Origin: Lingula anatina | Lineage: Eukaryota; Animalia; Brachiopoda | Length of the DNA stretch: 64,000 nt | Direction of reading: 5' to 3' | Assembly: GCA_051362555.1 (NCBI GenBank) | Contig: CM120644.1 | Span: forward strand, 20,358,534 to 20,422,533 | Part shown: in pieces, positions 25,701-40,700 of the stretch | Layout of the letters: every line of letters begins with the position of its first letter | Numbering within the stretch: the stretch's first letter is position 1 | The notes under the pieces: model-generated | Database searches by the model: none | What the model was told of the DNA's origin: nothing | The model's input: the letters and a program-made list of their open reading frames with translations, nothing else | Made by a program: the position numbers and the translations under genes

Positions 25701-28700
25701 CACATAGCACTGCTCTTCCTGCTGATTTGCACTGCCTGCCTTTTCGTGTTAAGGGTACTCTGGAAAAACAACAATGTAACTGATAAAACTGAAAATAACA
25801 CTGAAAAGACTGGCAAATTACATGACTTGAAATAGTTAAACGTGAATAATTTTGTCAAATCTAGTCTAATATTTCTGATATTTGTACAAATGATGCTTAA
25901 CAACAATAAAAACCTGTGATAAGCTGATCAAGTGACTGTATTAAATGAAAAGTGATTTTTAGGACAATATATTTGAGAAATCCGAAAATTACACTGAAAA
26001 CAATTTCAAATTCCATCGTTAAAAATAGTTAAACATTAATCAATTTGACACATCTTGTCCAATGTTTCTCAAATTTGTACAAATGATGCTTTACAACAAT
26101 AAAAATCTGGGATAAGCTGATCAGTTGACTGTATCTAATGAAGAGTGTTTTTTAGGACAATATACTTGAGAAAACTCAAAATTACACTGAAAAGACTGGG
26201 AAATCAAAGGACTTAAAATAGTTAAACGTGAATAATTTTGTCAAATATGGTTCAATATTTCTGAAATTTGTACAAATGATGCTTAACAACAATAAAAACC
26301 TGTGATAAGCTGATCAAGTGACTGTATTAAATGAAAAGTGATTTTTAGGACAATATATTTGAGAAATCCGAAAATTACACTGAAAACAATTTCAAATTCC
26401 ATCGTTAAAAATAGTTAAACATTAATCAATTTGACACATCCTGTCCAATGTTTCTCAAATTTGTACAAATGATGCTTTACAACAATAAAAATCTGGGATA
26501 AGCTGATCAGTTGACTGTATCTAATGAAGAGTGTTTTTTAGGACAATATACTTGAGAAAACTCAAAATTACACTGAAAAGACTGGGAAATCACAGGACTT
26601 AAAATAGTTAAACATGAATAATTTTGTCAAATGATGCCTAACAACAATAAAAGTCTGTGATAAGATGATCAGTTGTCTGTGTTTGTTTTAAGTGTCAAGT
26701 TTATTGGAAATTTATAATCAGAAGAATGTGACTATAAACTAAATCAAATATTTCAATATTGCAATATATATTTCACTGTAAAAGAAAACAGCAAATGTGA
26801 TGATTTGTGTTTGTTTGTGAAGGAAGTTGCAAATTACCTATAACTCTCATCTAGAAAACAATATATACTCATACAAGACTTCTCCTTACTACCAATGCCA
26901 GATGCAGATGACGCCTTACAATGGGTTTCTGGAATCTGCCTGTTAGGACAATTTTTGACAATGTCCTAAATCTTGCAACATATCATGTATTGTTCACATG
27001 GCTAACACATAGCACTGCTCTTGCTGCTGATTTGCACTGCCTGCCTTTTCGTGTTAAGGGTACTCTGGAAAAACAACAATGTAACTGATAAAACTGAAAA
27101 TAACACTGAAAAGACTGGCAAATTACATGACTTGAAATAGTTAAACGTGAATAATTTTGTCAAATCTAGTCTAATATTTCTGATATTTGTACAAATGATG
27201 CTTAACAACAATAAAAACCTGTGATAAGCTGATCAAGTGACTGTATTAAATGAAAAGTGATTTTTAGGACAATATATTTGAGAAATCCGAAAATTACACT
27301 GAAAACAATTTCAAATTCCATCGTTAAAAATAGTTAAACATTAATCAATTTGACACATCTTGTCCAATGTTTCTCAAATTTGTACAAATGATGCTTTACA
27401 ACAATAAAAATCTGGGATAAGCTGATCAGTTGACTGTATCTAATGAAGAGTGTTTTTTAGGACAATATACTTGAGAAAACTCAAAATTACACTGAAAAGA
27501 CTGGGAAATCACAGGACTTAAAATAGTTAAACGTGAATAATTTTGTCAAATGATGCCTAACAACAATAAAAGTCTGTGATAAGATGATCAGTTGTCTGTG
27601 TTTGTTTTAAGTGTCAAGTTTATTGGAAATTTATAATCAGAAGAATGTGACAATAAACTAAATCAAATATTTCAATATTGCAATATATATTTCACTGTAA
27701 AAGAAAACAGCAAATGTGATGATTTGTGTTTGTTTGTGAAGGAAGTTGCAAATTACCTATAACTCTCATCTAGAAAACAATATATACTCATACAAGACTT
27801 CTCCTTACTACCAATGCCAGATGCAGATGACGCCTTACAATGGGTTTCTGGAATCCGCCTGTTAGGACAATTTTTGACAATGTCCTAAATCTTGCAACAT
27901 ATCATGTATTGTTCACATGGATAACACATAGCACTGCTCTTCCTGCTGATTTGCACTGCCTGCCTTTTCGTGTTAAGGGTACTCTGGAAAAACAACAATG
28001 TAACTGATAAAACTGAAAATAACACTGAAAAGACTGGCAAATTACATGACTTGAAATAGTTAAACGTGAATAATTTTGTCAAATCTAGTCTAATATTTCT
28101 GATATTTGTACAAATGATGCTTAACAACAATAAAAACCTGTGATAAGCTGATCAAGTGACTGTATTAAATGAAAAGTGATTTTTAGGACAATATATTTGA
28201 GAAATCCGAAAATTACACTGAAAACAATTTCAAATTCCATCGTTAAAAATAGTTAAACATTAATCAATTTGACACATCTTGTCCAATGTTTCTCAAATTT
28301 GTACAAATGATGCTTTACAACAATAAAAATCTGGGATAAGCTGATCAGTTGACTGTATCTAATGAAGAGTGTTTTTTAGGACAATATACTTGAGAAAACT
28401 CAAAATTACACTGAAAAGACTGGGAAATCAAAGGACTTAAAATAGTTAAACGTGAATAATTTTGTCAAATATGGTTCAATATTTCTGAAATTTGTACAAA
28501 TGATGCTTAACAACAATAAAAACCTGTGATAAGCTGATCAAGTGACTGTATTAAATGAAAAGTGATTTTTAGGACAATATATTTGAGAAATCCGAAAATT
28601 ACACTGAAAACAATTTCAAATTCCATCGTTAAAAATAGTTAAACATTAATCAATTTGACACATCCTGTCCAATGTTTCTCAAATTTGTACAAATGATGCT

Positions 28701-31700
28701 TTACAACAATAAAAATCTGGGATAAGCTGATCAGTTGACTGTATCTAATGAAGAGTGTTTTTTAGGACAATATACTTGAGAAAACTCAAAATTACACTGA
28801 AAAGACTGGGAAATCACAGGACTTAAAATAGTTAAACATGAATAATTTTGTCAAATGATGCCTAACAACAATAAAAGTCTGTGATAAGATGATCAGTTGT
28901 CTGTGTTTGTTTTAAGTGTCAAGTTTATTGGAAATTTATAATCAGAAGAATGTGACTATAAACTAAATCAAATATTTCAATATTGCAATATATATTTCAC
29001 TGTAAAAGAAAACAGCAAATGTGATGATTTGTGTTTGTTTGTGAAGGAAGTTGCAAATTACCTATAACTCTCATCTAGAAAACAATATATACTCATACAA
29101 GACTTCTCCTTACTACCAATGCCAGATGCAGATGACGCCTTACAATGGGTTTCTGGAATCTGCCTGTTAGGACAATTTTTGACAATGTCCTAAATCTTGC
29201 AACATATCATGTATTGTTCACATGGCTAACACATAGCACTGCTCTTGCTGCTGATTTGCACTGCCTGCCTTTTCGTGTTAAGGGTACTCTGGAAAAACAA
29301 CAATGTAACTGATAAAACTGAAAATAACACTGAAAAGACTGGCAAATTACATGACTTGAAATAGTTAAACGTGAATAATTTTGTCAAATCTAGTCTAATA
29401 TTTCTGATATTTGTACAAATGATGCTTAACAACAATAAAAACCTGTGATAAGCTGATCAAGTGACTGTATTAAATGAAAAGTGATTTTTAGGACAATATA
29501 TTTGAGAAATCCGAAAATTACACTGAAAACAATTTCAAATTCCATCGTTAAAAATAGTTAAACATTAATCAATTTGACACATCTTGTCCAATGTTTCTCA
29601 AATTTGTACAAATGATGCTTTACAACAATAAAAATCTGGGATAAGCTGATCAGTTGACTGTATCTAATGAAGAGTGTTTTTTAGGACAATATACTTGAGA
29701 AAACTCAAAATTACACTGAAAAGACTGGGAAATCACAGGACTTAAAATAGTTAAACGTGAATAATTTTGTCAAATGATGCCTAACAACAATAAAAGTCTG
29801 TGATAAGATGATCAGTTGTCTGTGTTTGTTTTAAGTGTCAAGTTTATTGGAAATTTATAATCAGAAGAATGTGACAATAAACTAAATCAAATATTTCAAT
29901 ATTGCAATATATATTTCACTGTAAAAGAAAACAGCAAATGTGATGATTTGTGTTTGTTTGTGAAGGAAGTTGCAAATTACCTATAACTCTCATCTAGAAA
30001 ACAATATATACTCATACAAGACTTCTCCTTACTACCAATGCCAGATGCAGATGACGCCTTACAATGGGTTTCTGGAATCCGCCTGTTAGGACAATTTTTG
30101 ACAATGTCCTAAATCTTGCAACATATCATGTATTGTTCACATGGATAACACATAGCACTGCTCTTGCTGCTGATTTGCACTGCCTGCCTTTTCGTGTTAA
30201 GGGTACTCTGGAAAAACAACAATGTAACTGATAAAACTGAAAATAACACTGAAAAGACTGGCAAATTACATGACTTGAAATAGTTAAACGTGAATAATTT
30301 TGTCAAATCTAGTCTAATATTTCTGATATTTGTACAAATGATGCTTAACAACAATAAAAACCTGTGATACGCTGATCAAGTGACTGTATTAAATGAAAAG
30401 TGATTTTTAGGACAATATATTTGAGAAATCCGAAAATTACACTGAAAACAATTTCAAATTCCATCGTTAAAAATAGTTAAACAATAATCAATTTGACACA
30501 TCTTGTCCAATGTTTCTCAAATTTGTACAAATGATGCTTTACAACAATAAAAATCTGGGATAAGCTGATCAGTTGACTGTATCTAATGAAGAGTGTTTTT
30601 TAGGACAATATACTTGAGAAAACTCAAAATTACACTGAAAAGACTGGGAAATCGCAGGACTTAAAATAGTTAAACGTGAATAATTTTGTCAAATGATGCC
30701 TAACAGCAATAAAAGTCTGTGATAAGATGATCAGTTGTCTGTGTTTGTTTTAAGTGTCAAGTTTATTGGAAATTTAAAATCAGAAGAATGTGACAATAAA
30801 CTAAATCAAATATTTCAATATTGCAATATATATTTCACTGTAAAAGAAAACAGCAAATGTGATGATTTGTGTTTGTTTGTGAAGGAAGTTGCAAATTACC
30901 TATAACTCTCATCTAGAAAACAATATATACTCATACAAGACTTCTCCTTACTACCAATGCCAGATGCAGATGACGCCTTACAATGGGTTTCTGGAATCCG
31001 CCTGTTAGGACAATTTTTGACAATGTCCTAAATCTTGCAACATATCATGTATTGTTCACATGGATAACACATAGCACTGCTCTTGCTGCTGATTTGCACT
31101 GCCTGCCTTTTCGTGTTAAGGGTACTCTGGAAAAACAACAATGTAACTGATAAAACTGAAAATAACACCGAAAAGAGTGGCAAATTACATGACTTGAAAT
31201 AGTTAATTGCTAATAATTTTGTCAAATCTAGTCTAATATTTCTGATATTTGTACAAATGATGTTTAACAACAATAAAAACCTGTGATACGCTGATCAAGT
31301 GACTGTATTAAATGAAAAGTGATTTTTAGGACAATATATTTGAGAAATCCGAAAATTACACTGAAAACAATTTCAAATTCCATGGTTAAAAATAGTTAAA
31401 CATTAATCAATTTGACACATCTTGTCCAATGTTTCTCAAATTTGTACAAATGATGCTTTACAACAATAAAAATCTGGGATAAGCTGATCAGTTGACTGTA
31501 TCTAATGAAGAGTGTTTTTTAGGACAATATACTTGAGAAAACTCAAAATTACACTGAAAAGACTGGGAAATCACAGGACTTAAAATAGTTAAACGTGAAT
31601 AATTTTGTCAAATATGGTTCAATATTTCTGAAATTTGTACAAATGATGCCCAACAACAATAAAAGTCTGTGATAAGATGACTAGTTGTCTGTGTATTATG

Positions 31701-34700
31701 AAAAATATTTTTTTTCAGACAATATATTTGAGAAATCCGAAAATTACACTAAAAACACTTTCAAATTCCATCGTTAAAAATAGTTAAACATTAATCATTT
31801 TAACAAGTCCTGTCCAATGTTTTTCAAATTTGTACAAATGATGCATAACAACAATAAAAACCTGGGATAAGCTGATCAGTTGACTGTATCTAATGAAAAG
31901 TGTTTTATAGGACAATATACTTGAGAAAACTGAAAATTACACTGAAAAGACTGGGAAATCGCAGGACTTAAAATAGTTAAACGTGAATAATTTTGTCAAA
32001 TCTGGTTCAATATTTCTGAAATTTATACAAATGATGCCTAACAACAATAAAAGTCTGTGATAAGATGATCAGTTGTCTGTGTTTGTTTTAAGTGTCAAGT
32101 TTATTGGAAATTCATAATCAGAAGAATGTGACTATAAACTAAATCAAATATTTCAATATTGCAATATATATTTCACAGTAAAAGAAAACAGCAAATGTGA
32201 TGATTTGTGTTTGTTTGTGAAGGAAGTTGCAAATTACCTATAACTCTCATCTAGAAAACAATATATACTCATACAAGACTTCTCCTTACTACTAATGCCA
32301 GATGCAGATGACGCCTTACAATGGGTTTCTGGTATCCGCCTGTTAGGACAATTTTTGACAATGTCCTAAATCTTGCAACATATCATGTATTGTTCACATG
32401 GATAACACATAGCACTGCTCTTGCTGCTGATTTGCACTGCCTGCCTTTTCGTGTTAATGGTACTCTGGAAAAACAACAATGTAACTGATAAAACTGAAAA
32501 TAACACCGAAAAGAGTGGCAAATTACATGACTTGAAATAGTTAATTGCTAATAATTTTGTCAAATCTAGTCTAATATTTCTGATATTTGTACAAATGATG
32601 CTTAACAACAATAAAAACCTGTGATAAGCTGATCAAGTGACTGTATTAAATGAAAAGTGATTTTTAGGACAATATATTTGAGAAATCCGAAAATTACACT
32701 GAAAACAATTTCAAATTCCATCGTTAAAAATAGTTAAACATTAATCAATTTGACACATCTTGTCCATTGTTTCTCAAATTTGTACAAATGATGCTTTACA
32801 ACAATAAAAATCTGGGATAAGCTGATCAGTTGACTGTATCTAATGAAGAGTGTTTTTTAGGACAATATACTTGAGAAAACTCAAAATTACACTGAAAAGA
32901 CTGGGAAATCACAGGACTTAAAATAGTTAAACGTGAATAATTTTGTCAAATGATGCCTAACAACAATAAAAGTCTGTGATAAGATGATCAGTTGTCTGTG
33001 TTTGTTTTAAGTGTCAAGTTTATTGGAAATTCATAATCAGAAGAATGTGACTATAAACTAAATCAAATATTTCAATATTGCAATATATATTTCACAGTAA
33101 TAGAAAACAGCAAATGTGATGATTTGTGTTTGTTTGTGAAGGAAGTTGCAAATTACCTATAACTCTCATCTAGAAAACAATATATACTCATACAAGACTT
33201 CTCCTTACTACTAATGCCAGATGCAGATGACGCCTTACAATGGGTTTCTGGAATCCGCCTGTTAGGACAATTTTTGACAATGTCCTAAATCTTGCAACAT
33301 ATCATGTATTGTTCACATGGATAACACATAGCACTGCTTTTGCTGCTGATTTGCACTGCCTGCCTTTTCGTGTTAAGGGTACTCTGGAAAAACAACAATG
33401 TAACTGATAAAACTGAAAATAACACTGAAAAGACTGGCAAATTACATGACTTGAAATAGTTAAACGTGAATAATTTTGTCAAATCTAGTCTAATATTTCT
33501 GATATTTGTACAAATGATGCTTAACAACAATAAAAACCTGTGATAAGCTGATCAAGTGACTGTATTAAATGAAAAGTGATTTTTAGGACAATATATTTGA
33601 GAAATCCGAAAATTACACTGAAAACAATTTCAAATTCCATCGTTAAAAATAGTTAAACAATAATCAATTTGACACATCTTGTCCAATGTTTCTCAAATTT
33701 GTACAAATGATGCTTTACAACAATAAAAATCTGGGATAAGCTGATCAGTTGACTGTATCTAATGAAGAGTGTTTTTTAGGACAATATACTTGAGAAAACT
33801 CAAAATTACACTGAAAAGACTGGGAAATCGCAGGACTTAAAATAGTTAAACGTGAATAATTTTGTCAAATGATGCCTAACAACAATAAAAGTCTGTGATA
33901 AGATGATCAGTTGTCTGTGTTTGTTTTAAGTGTCAAGTTTATTGGAAATTTATAATCAGAAGAATGTGACAATAAACTAAATCAAATATTTCAATATTGC
34001 AATATATATTTCACTGTAAAAGAAAACAGCAAATGTGATGATTTGTGTTTGTTTGTGAAGGAAGTTGCAAATTACCTATAACTCTCATCTAGAAAACAAT
34101 ATATACTCATACAAGACTTCTCCTTACTACCAATGCCAGATGCAGATGACGCCTTACAATGGGTTTCTGGAATCCGCCTGTTAGGACAATTTTTGACAAT
34201 GTCCTAAATCTTGCAACATATCATGTATTGTTCACATGGATAACACATAGCACTGCTCTTGCTGCTGATTTGCACTGCCTGCCTTTTCGTGTTAAGGGTA
34301 CTCTGGAAAAACAACAATGTAACTGATAAAACTGAAAATAACACCGAAAAGAGTGGCAAATTACATGACTTGAAATAGTTAATTGCTAATAATTTTGTCA
34401 AATCTAGTCTAATATTTCTGATATTTGTACAAATGATGTTTAACAACAATAAAAACCTGTGATACGCTGATCAAGTGACTGTATTAAATGAAAAGTGATT
34501 TTTAGGACAATATATTTGAGAAATCCGAAAATTACACTGAAAACAATTTCAAATTCCATGGTTAAAAATAGTTAAACATTAATCAATTTGACACATCTTG
34601 TCCAATGTTTCTCAAATTTGTACAAATGATGCTTTACAACAATAAAAATCTGGGATAAGCTGATCAGTTGACTGTATCTAATGAAGAGTGTTTTTTAGGA

Positions 34701-37700
34701 CAATATACTTGAGAAAACTCAAAATTACACTGAAAAGACTGGGAAATCACAGGACTTAAAATAGTTAAACGTGAATAATTTTGTCAAATATGGTTCAATA
34801 TTTCTGAAATTTGTACAAATGATGCCCAACAACAATAAAAGTCTGTGATAAGATGACTAGTTGTCTGTGTCTTATGAAAAATATTTTTTTTCAGACAATA
34901 TATTTGAGAAATCCGAAAATTACACTAAAAACACTTTCAAATTCCATCGTTAAAAATAGTTAAACATTAATCATTTTAACAAGTCCTGTCCAATGTTTTT
35001 CAAATTTGTACAAATGATGCATAACAACAATAAAAACCTGGGATAAGCTGATCAGTTGACTGTATCTAATGAAAAGTGTTTTATAGGACAATATACTTGA
35101 GAAAACTGAAAATTACACTGAAAAGACTGGGAAATCGCAGGACTTAAAATAGTTAAACGTGAATAATTTTGTCAAATCTGGTTCAATATTTCTGAAATTT
35201 ATACAAATGATGCCTAACAACAATAAAAGTCTGTGATAAGATGATCAGTTGTCTGTGTTTGTTTTAAGTGTCAAGTTTATTGGAAATTCATAATCAGAAG
35301 AATGTGACTATAAACTAAATCAAATATTTCAATATTGCAATATATATTTCACAGTAAAAGAAAACAGCAAATGTGATGATTTGTGTTTGTTTGTGAAGGA
35401 AGTTGCAAATTACCTATAACTCTCATCTAGAAAACAATATATACTCATACAAGACTTCTCCTTACTACTAATGCCAGATGCAGATGACGCCTTACAATGG
35501 GTTTCTGGTATCCGCCTGTTAGGACAATTTTTGACAATGTCCTAAATCTTGCAACATATCATGTATTGTTCACATGGATAACACATAGCACTGCTCTTGC
35601 TGCTGATTTGCACTGCCTGCCTTTTCGTGTTAATGGTACTCTGGAAAAACAACAATGTAACTGATAAAACTGAAAATAACACCGAAAAGAGTGGCAAATT
35701 ACATGACTTGAAATAGTTAATTGCTAATAATTTTGTCAAATCTAGTCTAATATTTCTGATATTTGTACAAATGATGCTTAACAACAATAAAAACCTGTGA
35801 TAAGCTGATCAAGTGACTGTATTAAATGAAAAGTGATTTTTAGGACAATATATTTGAGAAATCCGAAAATTACACTGAAAACAATTTCAAATTCCATCGT
35901 TAAAAATAGTTAAACATTAATCAATTTGACACATCTTGTCCATTGTTTCTCAAATTTGTACAAATGATGCTTTACAACAATAAAAATCTGGGATAAGCTG
36001 ATCAGTTGACTGTATCTAATGAAGAGTGTTTTTTAGGACAATATACTTGAGAAAACTCAAAATTACACTGAAAAGACTGGGAAATCACAGGACTTAAAAT
36101 AGTTAAACGTGAATAATTTTGTCAAATGATGCCTAACAACAATAAAAGTCTGTGATAAGATGATCAGTTGTCTGTGTTTGTTTTAAGTGTCAAGTTTATT
36201 GGAAATTCATAATCAGAAGAATGTGACTATAAACTAAATCAAATATTTCAATATTGCAATATATATTTCACAGTAATAGAAAACAGCAAATGTGATGATT
36301 TGTGTTTGTTTGTGAAGGAAGTTGCAAATTACCTATAACTCTCATCTAGAAAACAATATATACTCATACAAGACTTCTCCTTACTACTAATGCCAGATGC
36401 AGATGACGCCTTACAATGGGTTTCTGGAATCCGCCTGTTAGGACAATTTTTGACAATGTCCTAAATCTTGCAACATATCATGTATTGTTCACATGGATAA
36501 CACATAGCACTGCTCTTGCTGCTGATTTGCACTGCCTGCCTTTTCGTGTTAAGGGTACTCTGGAAAAACAACAATGTAACTGATAAAACTGAAAATAACA
36601 CTGAAAAGACTGGCAAATTACATGACTTGAAATAGTTAAACGTGAATAATTTTGTCAAATCTAGTCTAATATTTCTGATATTTGTACAAATGATGCTTAA
36701 CAACAATAAAAACCTGTGATAAGCTGATCAAGTGACTGTATTAAATGAAAAGTGATTTTTAGGACAATATATTTGAGAAATCCGAAAATTACACTGAAAA
36801 CAATTTCAAATTCCATCGTTAAAAATAGTTAAACATTAATCAATTTGACACATCTTGTCCAATGTTTCTCAAATTTGTACAAATGATGCTTTACAACAAT
36901 AAAAATCTGGGATAAGCTGATCAGTTGACTGTATCTAATGAAGAGTGTTTTTTAGGACAATATACTTGAGAAAACTCAAAATTACACTGAAAAGACTGGG
37001 AAATCACAGGACTTAAAATAGTTAAACGTGAATAATTTTGTCAAATATGGTTCAATATTTCTGAAATTTGTACAAATGATGCCCAACAACAATAAAAGTC
37101 TGTGATAAGATGACTAGTTGTCTGTGTCTTATGAAAAATATTTTTTTTCAGACAATATATCTGAGAAATCCGAAAATTACACTAAAAACACTTTCAAATT
37201 CCATCGTTAAAAATAGTTAAACATTAATCATTTTAACAAGTCCTGTCCAATGTTTTTCAAATTTGTACAAATGATGCATAACAACAATAAAAACCTGGGA
37301 TAAGCTGATCAGTTGACTGTATCTAATGAAAAGTGTTTTATAGGACAATATACTTGAGAAAACTGAAAATTACACTGAAAAGACTGGGAAATCGCAGGAC
37401 TTAAAATAGTTAAACGTGAATAATTTTGTCAAATCTGGTTCAATATTTCTGAAATTTATACAAATGATGCCTAACAACAATAAAAGTCTGTGATAAGATG
37501 ATCAGTTGTCTGTGTTTGTTTTAAGTGTCAAGTTTATTGGAAATTCATAATCAGAAGAATGTGACTATAAACTAAATCAAATATTTCAATATTGCAATAT
37601 ATATTTCACTGTAAAAGAAAACAGCAAATGTGATGATTTGTGTTTGTTTGTGAAGGAAGTTGCAAATTACCTATAACTCTCATCTAGAAAACAATATATA

Positions 37701-40700
37701 CTCATACAAGACTTCTCCTTACTACCAATGCCAGATGCAGATGACGCCTTACAATGGGTTTCTGGAATCTGCCTGTTAGGACAATTTTTGACAATGTCCT
37801 AAATCTTGCAACATATCATGTATTGTTCACATGGATAACACATAGCACTGCTCTTGCTGCTGATTTGCACTGCCTGCCTTTTCGTGTTAAGGGTACTCTG
37901 GAAAAACAACAATGTAACTGATAAAACTGAAAATAACACCGAAAAGAGTGGCAAATTACATGACTTGAAATAGTTAATTGCTAATAATTTTGTCAAATCT
38001 AGTCTAATATTTCTGATATTTGTACAAATGATGCTTAACAACAATAAAAACCTGTGATAAGCTGATCAAGTGACTGTATTAAATGAAAAGTGATTTTTAG
38101 GACAATATATTTGAGAAATCCGAAAATTACACTGAAAACAATTTCAAATTCCATCGTTAAAAATAGTTAAACATTAATCAATTTGACACATCTTGTCCAA
38201 TGTTTCTCAAATTTGTACAAATGATGCTTTACAACAATAAAAATCTGGGATAAGCTGATCAGTTGACTGTATCTAATGAAGAGTGTTTTTTAGGACAATA
38301 TACTTGAGAAAACTCAAAATTACACTGAAAAGACTGGGAAATCACAGGACTTAAAATAGTTAAACGTGAATAATTTTGTCAAATGATGCCTAACAACAAT
38401 AAAAGTCTGTGATAAGATGATCAGTTGTCTGTGTTTGTTTTAAGTGTCAAGTTTATTGGAAATTTATAATCAGAAGAATGTGACAATAAACTAAATCAAA
38501 TATTTCAATATTGCAATATATATTTCACTGTAAAAGAAAACAGCAAATGTGATGATTTGTGTTTGTTTGTGAAGGAAGTTGCAAATTACCTATAACTCTC
38601 ATCTAGAAAACAATATATACTCATACAAGACTTCTCCTTACTACCAATGCCAGATGCAGATGACGCCTTACAATGGGTTTCTGGAATCCGCCTGTTTGGA
38701 CAATTTTTGACAATGTCCTAAATCTTGCAACATATCATGTATTGTTCACATGGATAACACATAGCACTGCTCTTGCTGCTGATTTGCACTGCCTGCCTTT
38801 TCGTGTTAAGGGTACTCTGGAAAAACAACAATGTAACTGATAAAACTGAAAATAACACTGAAAAGACTGGCAAATTACATGACTTGAAATAGTTAAACGT
38901 GAATAATTTTGTCAAATCTAGTCTAATATTTCTGATATTTGTACAAATGATGCTTAACAACAATAAAAACCTGTGATACGCTGATCAAGTGACTGTATTA
39001 AATGAAAAGTGATTTTTAGGACAATATATTTGAGAAATCCGAAAATTACACTGAAAACAATTTCAAATTCCATCGTTAAAAATAGTTAAAAATTAATCAA
39101 TTTGACACATCTTGTCCAATGTTTCTCAAATTTGTACAAATGATGCTTTACAACAATAAAAATCTGGGATAAGCTGATCAGTTGACTGTATCTAATGAAG
39201 AGTGTTTTTTAGGACAATATACTTGAGAAAACTCAAAATTACACTGAAAAGACTGGGAAATCACAGGACTTAAAATAGTTAAACCTGAATAATTTTGTCA
39301 AATATGGTTCAATATTTCTGAAATTTGTACAAATGATGCCCAACAACAATAAAAGTCTGTCATAAGATGACCAGTTGTCTGTGTCTTATGAAAAATATTT
39401 TTTTCAGACAATATATTTGAGAAATCCGAAAATTACACTAAAAACACTTTCAAATTCCATCGTTAAAAATAGTTAAACATTAATCATTTTAACAAGTCCT
39501 GTCCAATGTTTTTCAAATTTGTACAAATGATGCATAACAACGATAAAAACCTGGGATAAGCTGATCAGTTGACTGTATCTAATGTAAAGTGTTTTATAGG
39601 ACAATATACTTGAGAAAACTGAAAATTACACTGAAAAGGCTGGGAAATCGCAGGTCTTAAAATAGTTAAACGTGAATAACTTTGTCAAATCTGGTTCAAT
39701 ATTTCTGAAATTTATACAAATGATGCCTAACAACAATAAAAGTCTGTGATAAGATGATCAGTTGTCTGTGTTTGTTTTAAGTGTCAAGTTTATTGGAAAT
39801 TTATAATCAGAAGAATGTGTCAATAAACTAAATCAAATATTTCAATATTGCAATATATATTTCACTGTAAAAGAAAACAGCAAATGTGATGATTTGTGTT
39901 TGTTTGTGAAGGAAGTTGCAAATTACCTATAACTCTCATCTAGAAAACAATATATACTCATACAAGACTTCTCCTTACTACCAATGCCAGATGCAGATGA
40001 CGCCTTACAATGGGTTTCTGGAATCTGCCTGTTAGGACAATTTTTGACAATGTCCTAAATCTTGCAACATATCATGTATTGTTCACATGGCTAACACATA
40101 GCACTGCTCTTGCTGCTGATTTGCACTGCCTGCCTTTTCGTGTTAAGGGTACTCTGGAAAAACAACAATGTAACTGATAAAACTGAAAATAACACTGAAA
40201 AGACTGGCAAATTACATGACTTGAAATAGTTAAACGTGAATAATTTTGTCAAATCTAGTCTAATATTTCTGATATTTGTACAAATGATGCTTAACAACAA
40301 TAAAAACCTGTGATACGCTGATCAAGTGACTGTATTAAATGAAAAGTGATTTTTAGGACAATATATTTGAGAAATCCGAAAATTACACTGAAAACAATTT
40401 CAAATTCCATCGTTAAAAATAGTTAAACATTAATCAATTTGACACATCTTGTCCAATGTTTCTCAAATTTGTACAAATGATGCTTTACAACAATAAAAAT
40501 CTGGGATAAGCTGATCAGTTGACTGTTTCTAATGAAGAGTGTTTTTTAGGAGAATATACTTGAGAAAACTCAAAATTACACTGAAAAGACTGGGAAATCA
40601 CAGGACTTAAAATAGTTAAACGTGAATAATTTTGTCAAATATGGTTCAATATTTCTGAAATTTGTACAAATGATGCCTAACAACAATAAAAGTCTGTCAT